Below are positions 11,310 through 21,367 of a stretch of 64,000 bases of DNA, in pieces; the stretch's first letter is position 1; every line of letters begins with the position of its first letter. The stretch is from an uncultured Gammaproteobacteria bacterium. Lineage in GTDB: Bacteria > Patescibacteriota > Patescibacteriia > Magasanikbacterales > UBA922. Position numbers and translations under genes: made by a program. Under the pieces are notes generated by a model, which worked only from the letters and a program-made list of their open reading frames with translations, searched no databases and had not been told where the DNA came from. The stretch is taken from the NCBI GenBank assembly GCA_964522405.1, contig CAZFTR010000002.1:72032-136031 (forward strand), in the 5' to 3' direction.

Positions 11310-12212
11310 ATGAATTATCTAGTTACAGGCGGAGCAGGATTTATTGGTACAAATCTTGTTAAGAAATTACTAGCAGAAGGACACACTGTTCGAGTTTTGG
11401 ATAATTATTCTGCAGGAAAAAAGCCTGAGCGTATACAAGAGGGGGCTGAATATATTGAGGGAGATATTAGAAGTTTAGAAGATTTGGAAAAAGCCATGCA
11501 AGGTATTGATGGTGTTTTTCACATGGCTGCTTTACCTAGGGTTACTTATTCAGTTGAGCATCCTGAACTTACCCATGAAGTAAATGTAAATGGAACTTTG
11601 AATGTTTTGATAGCTGCGCGTGACAATGGCGTAAAAAGAGTTGTATTTTCTTCTTCATCTTCTACTTATGGAGACCAGAAGAAATTTCCTTTGGTCGAAG
11701 ATGGAACAGTCAAGATGCCTATAGCGCCTTATGCACTTCATAAATTTATTGGTGAGCATTATTGTCGGATATTTGCCAGTCTCTATGGATTGGAAACAGT
11801 TAGCCTGATTTATTTCAATGTTTATGGGCCTTATTCAGATCCAAATGGAGCTTATGCCTTGGTAATAGGTAAATTTCTCAAACAGGTAAAGGGTGGAGAA
11901 CCAATGACAGTTTGTGGTGATGGAGAATATTTTAGAGATTATACTTATGTAGATGATGTTGTGCGCGGAAATATGCTGGCTATGACCAGTGAAAAGGTTG
12001 GAAAAGGGGAGACGGTCAATATGGGAAATGGAAATCCAAGATCAGTAAATGATATTGTCCAGATAATTGGTGGAGAATCAGTAAATATAGATCCAAGACC
12101 TGGAGATGGTAGATATTTTGCAGCAGACACCACCAAAGCAAAAGAACTCCTTGGTTGGGAGCCGACTATAACTTTGGAAGAGGGAATTGCTAAACTAAAG
12201 AAATTGGAATAA
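11310..12212 (+). CDS. NAD-dependent epimerase (WbpP/GalE-like SDR)
   Basis: VTGGAGFIG, SSSSTYG, YALHK, YFNVYGP. Confidence 0.9.
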   Translation: MNYLVTGGAGFIGTNLVKKLLAEGHTVRVLDNYSAGKKPERIQEGAEYIEGDIRSLEDLEKAMQGIDGVFHMAALPRVTYSVEHPELTHEVNVNGTLNVLIAARDNGVKRVVFSSSSSTYGDQKKFPLVEDGTVKMPIAPYALHKFIGEHYCRIFASLYGLETVSLIYFNVYGPYSDPNGAYALVIGKFLKQVKGGEPMTVCGDGEYFRDYTYVDDVVRGNMLAMTSEKVGKGETVNMGNGNPRSVNDIVQIIGGESVNIDPRPGDGRYFAADTTKAKELLGWEPTITLEEGIAKLKKLE

Positions 12213-12272
12213 AGTGACGTATTCAGATTAGTTGATGATAAGAACCTTTGACCAGTTTATGAGACTGGCTTA

Positions 12273-12365
12273 GGGTATCCGGACTTACGGATATTCCTGA
12301 TAATCCGGATAGTGTGTGGAATATTTTATCCGTATAATCAGTATCATCCGTAAATCCGGATACCT
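12273..12365. repeat. Palindromic intergenic REP-like element, family A copy 1
   Basis: ggtatccggacttacggat...atccgtaaatccggatacc inverted arms; related sequence at 50407. Confidence 0.7.
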
Positions 12366-12400
12366 CAACCCGGTATAATAAACACATCAGCTTATCTATA

Positions 12401-13795
12401 TTACTGGCCCATCATCCGCAGTACTACATTTACAGTTCGTAGAACAATAGACAGATCCAGAAGAAAGGATCTGTTTTTTATATAATAGAGATCATATTGC
12501 AGTTTATCCTGAGAAGTTTTCATGGTGTCTGTATAGTTTTGGTGTATAGCAGCCCATCCGGTAATTCCAGGTTTAACAATATGTCTTAGAGCGTAATAAG
12601 GCATTTTTTCTGTTAATTCTTCTACAATTTGCGGTCTCTCTGGTCTTGGCCCTATTAAGCTCAGATCTCCTTTGATAAGGTTGATAACCTGAGGAAGTTC
12701 ATCAAGTCTGGTTTTTCTAAGTATCTTTCCAATTTTAGTAATTCTTTTATCATCTTTTTGTGCAAATTCAGGCTTGCCTTCTTTTTCCGCACTACCATCA
12801 GGAGCAAGGGCATACATGGTTCTGAATTTATATATCCAGAAGATTTTTCCAAATTCACCAACACGTTCTTGTTTGAAAAAAATCTGCCCCTTTGAGCTTA
12901 GCTTAATTGATAAAGCTATAAAAGGAAAAATGCTAATTAGAAAAATTAGTAAAACAATCGCAGCCAAATAATCTAACAAGCGTCTGAATTTATTATAAAT
13001 AGCCTGTTCTTTTTTTCGGAGATTATTGAGAAACCAAGTTTCTGAAAAAATAGAAGGCGGAATTCTGCCAGTTACAATTTCATAAAATTCACTAAAATCA
13101 ATATTTTGAACCGGCCAAAATAGAAGCTCATAAAGTTCTGTTAACACACCTTCTTGAGTTTTTATTCCCGGAGCTGTCACTATTATATCAGCTTTGTGGG
13201 TGCTTATTGCCGGACGTAGAGCTTTTAAACTGCGATAGATCGATACACTTCCTGGAAAATCTGAATTTTTAATTTTACCACTGGGATCACAGATAGCAGT
13301 AATTTTATAGCCTTTTTCTGGATGTCTTTCTATTATTTGAAACAAATGCTTTATTTCTTCTTCATATCCTACAATTACTACTTTTTTTAGTAATTTTTTG
13401 CTGCCGATCAATCGATCATAGACTGCTCGCCATAGAGAGCTAAAAGAATAACCAATTAGTATATTAAGTAAGAGAATGGTTTTTGGAGTAATATCTCCCT
13501 TTGGTAATAGATATAAAAGTAATATACTCAAAATCAATGACATTATTCCAGCTTCAAGTACTCTTTTGTATGATTTTGCTGTATAGGTTGATTTAAGATC
13601 GTATAAACCATTGATGAAATTGATCAAAATCCAAAATAAAAAAAGCACAACAAAAAGACCGCTATGTTTTTGCAAGGTTTCAATATTTGGTAATTGGCCA
13701 TGTCTGATTATTAGACTTAGCCAAAAAGCCAAAATATAGAAGAGTAGGTCTCCACCTGCTAAGATTATCTGTTTAATTCTATAAACGAATTTCAT
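12401..13795 (-). CDS. Polyprenyl-phosphate sugar phosphotransferase (WcaJ/CpsE-like priming glycosyltransferase)
   Basis: N-terminal TM helices, KFRTM, LDELPQ, GPRPERP, KPGITGW. Confidence 0.93.
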   Translation of the reverse strand: MKFVYRIKQIILAGGDLLFYILAFWLSLIIRHGQLPNIETLQKHSGLFVVLFLFWILINFINGLYDLKSTYTAKSYKRVLEAGIMSLILSILLLYLLPKGDITPKTILLLNILIGYSFSSLWRAVYDRLIGSKKLLKKVVIVGYEEEIKHLFQIIERHPEKGYKITAICDPSGKIKNSDFPGSVSIYRSLKALRPAISTHKADIIVTAPGIKTQEGVLTELYELLFWPVQNIDFSEFYEIVTGRIPPSIFSETWFLNNLRKKEQAIYNKFRRLLDYLAAIVLLIFLISIFPFIALSIKLSSKGQIFFKQERVGEFGKIFWIYKFRTMYALAPDGSAEKEGKPEFAQKDDKRITKIGKILRKTRLDELPQVINLIKGDLSLIGPRPERPQIVEELTEKMPYYALRHIVKPGITGWAAIHQNYTDTMKTSQDKLQYDLYYIKNRSFLLDLSIVLRTVNVVLRMMGQ

Positions 13796-13918
13796 AATTG
13801 TCCACAGTCTCTTTTTCTGATATAATAAAAGCCATAATTTACCTTAATTTATAGCATATTTGCCTGTCAAAAACAAGAGCAAGTCTGATTTTTGTGCTAA
13901 ATTAAGCCATTTTATCTT

Positions 13919-16024
13919 ATGCGGATAACCCAGAATTTTAAATTAGTTTTAGTATTGATCGTTTTTTCTGCTTTTGCTGGTATTTCTCCAGTTTTAGCTA
14001 AAAAAAGTAATGATCCATTTGTAGAGCAGTGGTCTTACGAGAGAATCGGATTATATAATGCTTGGGATTATGCTACTGGTTCACATGACGTTATAGTGGC
14101 GGTTTTGGATAATGGTTTTGATTCATTTCATCCAGATTTGCGTAACAATGTTTGGAAAAATGAAGATGAAATTCCAAGTAATGGAGTTGATGATGATAAA
14201 AATGGTTATATAGACGATGTCTGGGGTTGGAATTTCCATGAAGCAGATTTCAATAAAAATGGTGTACTTGAGGACAGTGAAACTAGGGGTAATAATAATC
14301 CTCGCCCAGATGTTTCAGATTTGACTGAAAAAGAAAAAGAAGATGGTGTATTTAATCATGGGACACTTGTTGCCGGAATAATAGGCGCTCAAGGAAATAA
14401 TGGTAGAGACGGCGCAGGCGTGAATTGGAATGTGAGATTGATGAATTTAAAAGTTTTAGGAAATAAAGGAATTGGAAGTTTGAGACCCATGTCTGAAGCA
14501 GTATACTATGCAGTTGATAATGGAGCTGATGTTATAAACATTAGTATGGTTGGTACTGAAAATGGAGATAGATTGATGGAAGCTCTAACTTATGCTTTTG
14601 AAAATGGTGTGGTAGTTGTGGCTGCTGCAGGAAATGATCTGGTAGTCCTCAATGACAATCCTCTTTATCCGATTTGTAGTGATGCAGAAATTGATGAAGA
14701 GAGAGTGTTGGGGGTAAGTGCCATAGACGAGGAGAGAAGAATTGCTCGATTTTCAAATACCGGATCAGATTGTGTTGATATTGCAGCTCCTGGTGTTGAC
14801 ATTGCTTCAACAGTTAGATTTTCTCCGACAAATGGCTTGTCTGATACTTACCTTTCTGGATATAAAGGAACTTCATTTGCAGCTCCATTTATAAGCGGTG
14901 CCGCTGCACTTATTAAGAGTGTTAGACCTGATTGGGGTGCAGTAGAAATCTTTGATGCCATACTTAAGACTGTGATGCATACTCCTGGACAAGATGAGGT
15001 TGTATATGCAAATTTATTTGGTGCAGGCCTGATTCAGATCGACAAAGCGTTGGCATATGCAATTGCACAAAAAACAGAACAAAAAATAACAGAAGTTGAA
15101 AAAAAGACAGATCAAGTAGAGTCAAAACAAGAAATGCCAGCTTCTAAGCTTGTTGCGTCTGAAAAAAAAGTTTTGTTTTACAAAAAAAGCAGTGGGGAAG
15201 TTAGTGTTTTAAATTTAAGTACCAGAGAGTCAGAAAGATATTTTAGAGGTGGTTTCAAGAGTATTGATGATTTGGCTGTTTACCAAGAAGGTGGAAAAAT
15301 GCGCTATGTTATTGCCAGAAAAAAAACAGATAAATTACGAGAAATAAAAGTATACAATGAAAGATGGATAAGTCTAGCCAGTTGGACAGTTCCGGCCAGT
15401 GGTGAGTTAAATTTGGCTATTGGTAATTTTTCTGATCAGCCTGGAATGGAAATAGTGTTGGCACCAAACTACTCTGATGATCAGATTTTTAGAATTTTTA
15501 GTTTCAAAGGAGAGTTTATAGCTGAATATAGTTTAAGTGGTATTCATGGTGGTGTGGACATAGCCATCAATACTTCTAAAGTTGGTTTTGATCAGATTTT
15601 GACTCTGTACAAGTTTAATTCTACGGTTTTTGTAGAGAGATTTGATAGTTTTGGAGATTCTTTTGGGCGAAATTCTGTAAATTCATTAGTTGAAGGAGGT
15701 TCAATAAGTGTGGGAGATTTAGATGGAGATTCAGAAAATGAAATTGCTCTAGTGTCAGGATCTGGAAAGAACAGCAGTATTTTTTACTATGAATTAGATG
15801 GGGGTTTGTTGAGAAATTTTTATGGCTATGATTATAGTTTTACAGGCGGTATAAATGTAAATGTGTTTAACTATAATTCTGATTTAAAAGATGAAGCGAT
15901 TATAACTTCCATGGATGGTACTCGTCCGGTATCAGTTTGGTCAAATCACAGTAGACGTTTGGCTAAGTTTTATCCTTTTGGAGAGGATAACCAAGAAGAA
16001 TTCGAAGTCGTGCCACTTTGGTAA
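13919..16024 (+). CDS. Secreted S8 subtilisin-family protease with C-terminal FG-GAP/VCBS-like region
   Basis: Signal peptide; triad VAVLD, HGTLVAG, GTSFAAP; GDLDGD-type repeats. Confidence 0.9.
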   Translation: MRITQNFKLVLVLIVFSAFAGISPVLAKKSNDPFVEQWSYERIGLYNAWDYATGSHDVIVAVLDNGFDSFHPDLRNNVWKNEDEIPSNGVDDDKNGYIDDVWGWNFHEADFNKNGVLEDSETRGNNNPRPDVSDLTEKEKEDGVFNHGTLVAGIIGAQGNNGRDGAGVNWNVRLMNLKVLGNKGIGSLRPMSEAVYYAVDNGADVINISMVGTENGDRLMEALTYAFENGVVVVAAAGNDLVVLNDNPLYPICSDAEIDEERVLGVSAIDEERRIARFSNTGSDCVDIAAPGVDIASTVRFSPTNGLSDTYLSGYKGTSFAAPFISGAAALIKSVRPDWGAVEIFDAILKTVMHTPGQDEVVYANLFGAGLIQIDKALAYAIAQKTEQKITEVEKKTDQVESKQEMPASKLVASEKKVLFYKKSSGEVSVLNLSTRESERYFRGGFKSIDDLAVYQEGGKMRYVIARKKTDKLREIKVYNERWISLASWTVPASGELNLAIGNFSDQPGMEIVLAPNYSDDQIFRIFSFKGEFIAEYSLSGIHGGVDIAINTSKVGFDQILTLYKFNSTVFVERFDSFGDSFGRNSVNSLVEGGSISVGDLDGDSENEIALVSGSGKNSSIFYYELDGGLLRNFYGYDYSFTGGINVNVFNYNSDLKDEAIITSMDGTRPVSVWSNHSRRLAKFYPFGEDNQEEFEVVPLW

Positions 16025-16054
16025 AAACAGTAAACAGTAGTGACTGGTAAAATT

Positions 16055-16105
16055 TGTCATCTCGAGCGGAATTTTCTGAAAGAAAAATGGAGTCGAGAGA
16101 TCCCT
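16055..16105. repeat. REP-like element family B, half copy
   Basis: tgtcatctcgagcggaattttctgaaagaaaaatggagtcgagagatccct closely matches the left arm of the element at 59988. Confidence 0.75.
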
Positions 16106-16233
16106 TGTTTTCAGTAAGTCGTCTAATAGGAATAATAAGTTCAATCACTGGTCATTATTATTTATTATTTACTGCTTGCTGTTTTCAATGTATAATATCA
16201 GCATCAAAGAAAATTATCATATAAAAAAATCAT

Positions 16234-17262
16234 ATGATTAACCAAACACCAATTTTTGAAAAAAAGAACGTGGTTATAACCGGTGGCGCCGGATTTGTTG
16301 GTTCACATCTTTGTGAAAGACTCTTAAAAGACGCAAAAGTTATTTGTATTGATGATCTTTCAAATTCTCATATTCAAAATATTGAACATCTCTTACAGTA
16401 TCCTGATTTTGAGTTTCTTAAATATGATATTAATAACCCCATTGATTTAGATGATTTTCCAGAATTAGATAAGTTCAAAGTTAAATTTCAAGGAATTCAA
16501 GAAATTTACCATCTTGCTTGTCCTACCAGTCCTAAACAATTTGAATCATTGAAAATACATTCATTGTGGGCAAATTCCCGAGCAATGCTTTCTACTCTGG
16601 ATTTATCATTGAAATATAAGGCCAAATATCTTTTTACCTCCAGTTCAGTAGTTTATGGAGAAGCTACAGATGATGATTATATATTTTCAGAAAATGAAGA
16701 AGGAATTGTAAATCATCTTTCCCCAAGAGGTTGTTATGATGAGGGGAAGAGATTTGCAGAAACCTGTGTGGAAACCTATAGACAGGTCTATGGGTTGGAT
16801 GTTAAAATTGCCAGGCTATTTACAACCTATGGTCCGAGAATGAAATTGCGTGATGGGCTCTTGATCCCGGATTTTATTTTAAATGCTCTTGAGCAAAATC
16901 CTCTTACAGTTTATGGTGATGAAACTTTGGAGCAGTCACTGTGCTACATAACAGATGCTATAGATGGGCTGGTAAGACTTATGGATTCAGATCCTGAAGT
17001 CTCAATAGTTAATCTTGGAAGTGAAACACCAATGCGAATGGTTGATGTGGCTAATAAAATTATCCAGATGACTCATTCATCTTCAAGAGTAGCATTTGAA
17101 GATCCTTTAGTTTTTTTAACCAAAAAAGGAATTCCAGATTTACGTTTGGCCAAGGAAAAATTAGGTTGGATTCCACTTGTTGGACTTGATGAGGGTCTAC
17201 AGCGAACAATTGATTATACACTTGCCAACAAAGAAGCTATGGGACTAAATCACTTATATTAA
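16234..17262 (+). CDS. UDP-glucuronate decarboxylase (UXS)-like SDR
   Basis: TGGAGFVGSHL, HLACPTSP, CYDEGKRFAE, TYGPRM. Confidence 0.85.
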   Translation: MINQTPIFEKKNVVITGGAGFVGSHLCERLLKDAKVICIDDLSNSHIQNIEHLLQYPDFEFLKYDINNPIDLDDFPELDKFKVKFQGIQEIYHLACPTSPKQFESLKIHSLWANSRAMLSTLDLSLKYKAKYLFTSSSVVYGEATDDDYIFSENEEGIVNHLSPRGCYDEGKRFAETCVETYRQVYGLDVKIARLFTTYGPRMKLRDGLLIPDFILNALEQNPLTVYGDETLEQSLCYITDAIDGLVRLMDSDPEVSIVNLGSETPMRMVDVANKIIQMTHSSSRVAFEDPLVFLTKKGIPDLRLAKEKLGWIPLVGLDEGLQRTIDYTLANKEAMGLNHLY

Positions 17263-17265
17263 AAT

Positions 17266-17925
17266 ATGATGTTAGCTGTTGTGCCTGCTTTCAATGAACA
17301 AAGAAAAATTCAAAAAGTTGTTTCTGATCTCATCCCTTTTGTGGATGAGGTTCTTGTTATAGACGATGGTTCAGTGGATATGACTGCGCAAAAAGCAAAG
17401 GGCGCCGGAGCAAGTGTTTTAATACATAAAATAAACCGAGGGCAGGGAGCTGCACTGCAAACCGGACATCAATATGCTCTTGCAAAGAATTTTGACCATG
17501 TTTTGCATTTTGATGGAGATGGACAATTTGACACAGGGCAAATTAAGCCTGCGCTCGAATTTCTAAAAAAGAAAAAAGTAGATATTTTGCTGGGTTCAAG
17601 GTTTTTGGATAAAAAATCTAATATTCCTTTTTTGAAAAAAAATCTGCTACTTCCAATAGGGAGAGTAATAGATAGATTGTCAGGCGCAGTTAGGCTAACA
17701 GATGCTCATAATGGATTTAGAATTTTAACCAAAAAAGCCCTGCAAAAGATCGTAATAACTCAGGACCGCATGGCACATGCAACTCAGATTCCAGTATTGA
17801 TCAAAAAAAATGATTTGGATTATGTTGAATATCCTGTTACAGTAGAGTATAGTGAATATGGACAAGGCCTGAAGGGGGGATTAGCAATTTTAAAGGATCT
17901 ATTTTTTGATAATTTTGTGAGGTAA
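17266..17925 (+). CDS. GT2, DPM1-like glycosyltransferase
   Basis: PAFNE, DDGS, NRGQGAAL, FDGDGQ, GSRF. Confidence 0.9.
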   Translation: MMLAVVPAFNEQRKIQKVVSDLIPFVDEVLVIDDGSVDMTAQKAKGAGASVLIHKINRGQGAALQTGHQYALAKNFDHVLHFDGDGQFDTGQIKPALEFLKKKKVDILLGSRFLDKKSNIPFLKKNLLLPIGRVIDRLSGAVRLTDAHNGFRILTKKALQKIVITQDRMAHATQIPVLIKKNDLDYVEYPVTVEYSEYGQGLKGGLAILKDLFFDNFVR

Positions 17926-17939
17926 ATTATTTTATTGTT

Positions 17940-18263
17940 ATGATAATAATATTCCAAATTTTGTTTGTACTGTTTGCCTTATTTGCAATAGGAGTAGTAC
18001 TAAAAAGAAAAAAAGATGGACTGCTCGGACCAAAAGGAGTTATATTTTGGATAGTTTTTTGGTTAATTGCAATATTAGTAGTGTTTTGGCCAAATAGCAC
18101 TTCAATATTGGCAAAGTATCTAGGAATTGGAAGAGGGAGTGATTTGGTCATATATGTTTCATTAGCTTTAATGTTTTTTATCTTGTTTAGGCTTCACGTA
18201 AAAATAGAATCAATAGGAAGAGATATTACCAAAGTGGTTAGAAAAGAAAGTTTAGAGAAATAA
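17940..18263 (+). CDS. DUF2304 family membrane protein
   Basis: Three TM helices, LGIGRGSDL, ITKVVR; typical position after a DPM1-like GT2. Confidence 0.85.
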   Translation: MIIIFQILFVLFALFAIGVVLKRKKDGLLGPKGVIFWIVFWLIAILVVFWPNSTSILAKYLGIGRGSDLVIYVSLALMFFILFRLHVKIESIGRDITKVVRKESLEK

Positions 18264-18299
18264 AACCAAGATATAGTCTATCGAATAACAACTAAAATT

Positions 18300-19487
18300 A
18301 TGAAAATAGCCCAAATAGTCTGCAGTTATCCACCATATTACGGAGGAATGGGCAATGTTGTTTTCCAAACAGCAGCAGGATTGGCAAATTTAGGGCATCA
18401 AGTTCAGGTTTTAACCCCGCAATTTCTTGAAAAAAAAGAAATAAAACCAGTCACCGAGCCAGTAGAAAAAAAACATACAAAAGAGCTGCAAAGCCAAATA
18501 GATTATGCTAAAAGATTGAAGCCTAGTATACGATATGGAAATGCAGCACGTCTTCCTCAAATTCAGAGTGAGTTAGATGAGTTTGATCTGGTTCATTTAC
18601 ATTATCCTTTTTTTGGTACAGCAAATCTGGTTAGGCGTTGGAAATTAAGAAATCCTGATAAGCCGCTGGTGATAACCTATCATATGGATAGTAGAAGTGG
18701 TGGTTGGAAAGGTTTGATTTTTTCATATTATGCAAAATATTGGATGCCAAAAATTCTTGGTACGGCAGATAAATTAATAGCAAGCTCATTTGATTATATT
18801 GAGTCAAGTGATGCCAGAGAAATATTTGCAAAAAAACCAGAGAAATGGCTTGAATTGCCCTTTGGTGTAGATGCGGAAAGGTTTTCACCTCGAGCAAAGC
18901 CTGAATATTTATTTCAACAGTACGGTTTGGATATGGGGCAGCCCACAGTTTTATTTGTGGGCGGGATGGATACTGCTCATTATTTTAAAGGTGTAAAATA
19001 TTTTTTAGAAGCGATTCTTTTTTTGCAAAAGAAGAATATTAATTTACAAGCAGTATTAGTTGGTGATGGTGATTTGAAAGTCGGTTTTGAACAGTTGGCA
19101 CGTTCGTTTGATTTGAAAAACACTGTTTTTGCAGGGTCAGTTTCTGATAGTGATTTGCCAGCCTACTATAATATGGCTGATTTACTTGTTTTACCCTCAA
19201 TAAACAAGTCAGAAGCATTTGGGATGGTTCTGCTTGAGGCTATGGCCAGTGGAGTTCCGGTTATTGCCAGTAATTTGCCTGGAGTTAGGTCTGTTGCTGC
19301 TGATGGTGGTGTGTTGGTTGAGCCAGGAAATTATCAGGATATTGCTGACGCAATCCAAGGTTTTTTTATGAGTGATGGTAATAGAGAAGAATGGAGACAG
19401 GATGTTCGAAGTATTGTGGAGCAAAAATATTCTTTGGAACAAGTTACCAATAGTCTCGATTGGATTTATAGATCACTTGTTAGTTGA
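18300..19487 (+). CDS. Glycosyltransferase family 4
   Basis: YPPYYGG, EAFGMVLLEAMASG. Confidence 0.92.
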   Translation: MKIAQIVCSYPPYYGGMGNVVFQTAAGLANLGHQVQVLTPQFLEKKEIKPVTEPVEKKHTKELQSQIDYAKRLKPSIRYGNAARLPQIQSELDEFDLVHLHYPFFGTANLVRRWKLRNPDKPLVITYHMDSRSGGWKGLIFSYYAKYWMPKILGTADKLIASSFDYIESSDAREIFAKKPEKWLELPFGVDAERFSPRAKPEYLFQQYGLDMGQPTVLFVGGMDTAHYFKGVKYFLEAILFLQKKNINLQAVLVGDGDLKVGFEQLARSFDLKNTVFAGSVSDSDLPAYYNMADLLVLPSINKSEAFGMVLLEAMASGVPVIASNLPGVRSVAADGGVLVEPGNYQDIADAIQGFFMSDGNREEWRQDVRSIVEQKYSLEQVTNSLDWIYRSLVS

Positions 19488-19533
19488 TTTTTGTTTTGTT
19501 ATACTAGAGTCATAAAAAATTAATAAAAATCAT

Positions 19534-19860
19534 ATGGGTAGATTTAAAAAAGGATTATTCCTTGGAAGTTTGTTAGGTGCTGGAGTTGTCTGGCTAAACA
19601 CTACAAAAAAGGGAAGAGAAACAAAAGATAAGATATTGGATCACGCTGCAGTAGTATATTCAAAAGCATTACAGCAAGCCAGAGATTCAGGAGCTCTTGA
19701 TAAATTGACTAAACAAAAATATGTCAAAATAGTCAGAGAAATTGTGGATAAATATGCTATTCAAAATGATCTTGCTGCCAATGTTAAGAGTATGGTAGTA
19801 AAAGTTGTTGGCAGTCAGTGGTCAAATGTACAAAAAGAAATCAAGAAAAGAAAGAAATAG
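19534..19860 (+). CDS. YtxH-like protein
   Basis: GLFLGSLLGAG hydrophobic N-terminus followed by KKGRETK. Confidence 0.6.
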   Translation: MGRFKKGLFLGSLLGAGVVWLNTTKKGRETKDKILDHAAVVYSKALQQARDSGALDKLTKQKYVKIVREIVDKYAIQNDLAANVKSMVVKVVGSQWSNVQKEIKKRKK

Positions 19861-19927
19861 GTATTAGTCTGTAGTTATCAGTCGATAGAAAGAGTATTAT
19901 TTAGACCTTGAATTAATAATTAGCAAT

Positions 19928-19955
19928 AAAAAAGCACCGCAATTGTGGTGTTTTT
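19928..19955. terminator. Bidirectional intrinsic terminator
   Basis: A-run, gcaccgc-aatt-gtggtg stem, T-run. Confidence 0.75.
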
Positions 19956-20198
19956 GATTATATTATGTTTGGGGCCGCGGGGGACGACTCCATCTCAAAT
20001 GCAACTCGTGTGCTGCTCCCGTCCCCACAAGAGAGGCACAGGTTTACTCGACACCGCAAAGCCGAGGAATTACATAGAGAGGAGTCGTCCCCAAAGGATC
20101 TGGAGGGTGGCCGTCTAAGCCTGGTTATCAAGCAGACTCAGGAAAGCAGAGGAGAGTGTTGTCGGAGAGACATCGCCACCCTTGAGAATCCTTAGCGC
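19930..20198 (-). ncRNA. Candidate structured ncRNA of unknown class (GC-rich islet)
   Basis: Minus-strand TAGACA-17-TATGCT promoter; helices agggtggc/gccaccct and ggggacgactcc/ggagtcgtcccc; no credible ORF; ends at terminator. Confidence 0.6.
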
Positions 20199-20324
20199 GT
20201 ACAGAGCATATCATGTTTATTAGATTTTGTCTAGTCCTGCATAATTTTTTCAGTCAGATTTTTTGATTATTGAGCATGTATCCTCTTTATGCTACAATTT
20301 ATCTATATTCTTATTATTTGATTT

Positions 20325-21359
20325 ATGAGCTCAATAAACAGTTTTTTTGATCATGCAGTCAGTAAATCTGCTTCTGATTTGCATTTGGTTGGTGGGGAAA
20401 AGCCGATGATACGCATACACGGGGTATTGCAAGAAATATCAGATGAAGTGCTTCCTGTAGAGGTGCTGGAAAAGGAAATTTTTGCGCTTTTATCAGAAGA
20501 GCAGCAAGGTAAGTTCAAAAAGGAATTAGAACTTGATTTTGGATATGAATTAAATTCCAATCGTTTTCGTATAAATCTACACAGGCAAGAAGGTAAAATT
20601 GGTTTATCAGCACGTCTTATACCTACACAAATACCAACTCCAGAGCAATTGAACTTAGAAGAGAGTATTTCTGGATTTAGTGGTCTTATGGATGGTTTGG
20701 TTTTGGTAGTGGGGCCTACAGGTCATGGAAAATCAACAACCATTGCCAGTGTCATAGAGGAAATAAATAAAACTAGAAAAACTCATATTGTTACCATAGA
20801 GGATCCCATAGAGTTTCATTTTGAAGATAAAAAAAGCCTTATAGAACAAAGAGAAGTTGGGACAGATACTAATTCATTTGCTTCAGCCCTTAAACATGTT
20901 TTGCGCCAAGATCCTAATGTTATTTTGGTGGGAGAAATGCGAGATCCGGAAACTATAGCTACAGTGCTTACTGCAGCAGAGACCGGACATCTGGTTTTTT
21001 CTACACTTCATACCAGTACAGCGGCAGAAGCAGTTGAGAGAATTGTTGATGTTTTTGAGGGTTCAAAGCAAAAACAAGTACTTATTCAGCTCAGTGCTGT
21101 ACTCCGAGGAGTGGTTGCGCAGCAATTGGTACCCACAGTTGATGGTAAGCAGGTGATAGCAAGAGAAATACTAGTTAATACACCGGCGGTTGCCAACTTA
21201 ATTCGAGCCAATAATATTTCTCAGATTTATAGTATGATTCAGACTGGCACAAAAGAAGGTATGATAACTATGGAGAATTCAATTAAAAAATTATTAAAAA
21301 AGGGGATTATAGATCGGCAGACAGCAGAACGAAGAATAATTAGACATAAAAAAGTTTAA
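20325..21359 (+). CDS. pilT: Type IV pilus retraction ATPase
   Basis: ASDLHL, GPTGHGKST, TIEDPIE, LRQDPNVILVGEMRD, TGHLVFSTLH. Confidence 0.92.
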   Translation: MSSINSFFDHAVSKSASDLHLVGGEKPMIRIHGVLQEISDEVLPVEVLEKEIFALLSEEQQGKFKKELELDFGYELNSNRFRINLHRQEGKIGLSARLIPTQIPTPEQLNLEESISGFSGLMDGLVLVVGPTGHGKSTTIASVIEEINKTRKTHIVTIEDPIEFHFEDKKSLIEQREVGTDTNSFASALKHVLRQDPNVILVGEMRDPETIATVLTAAETGHLVFSTLHTSTAAEAVERIVDVFEGSKQKQVLIQLSAVLRGVVAQQLVPTVDGKQVIAREILVNTPAVANLIRANNISQIYSMIQTGTKEGMITMENSIKKLLKKGIIDRQTAERRIIRHKKV

Positions 21360-21367
21360 TCAACAAA

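Noticed and set aside
19965-20195. 76-aa + strand ORF
   Set aside because: No SD or clear promoter on that strand, it crosses long RNA helices, and promoter/terminator logic favours a minus-strand RNA
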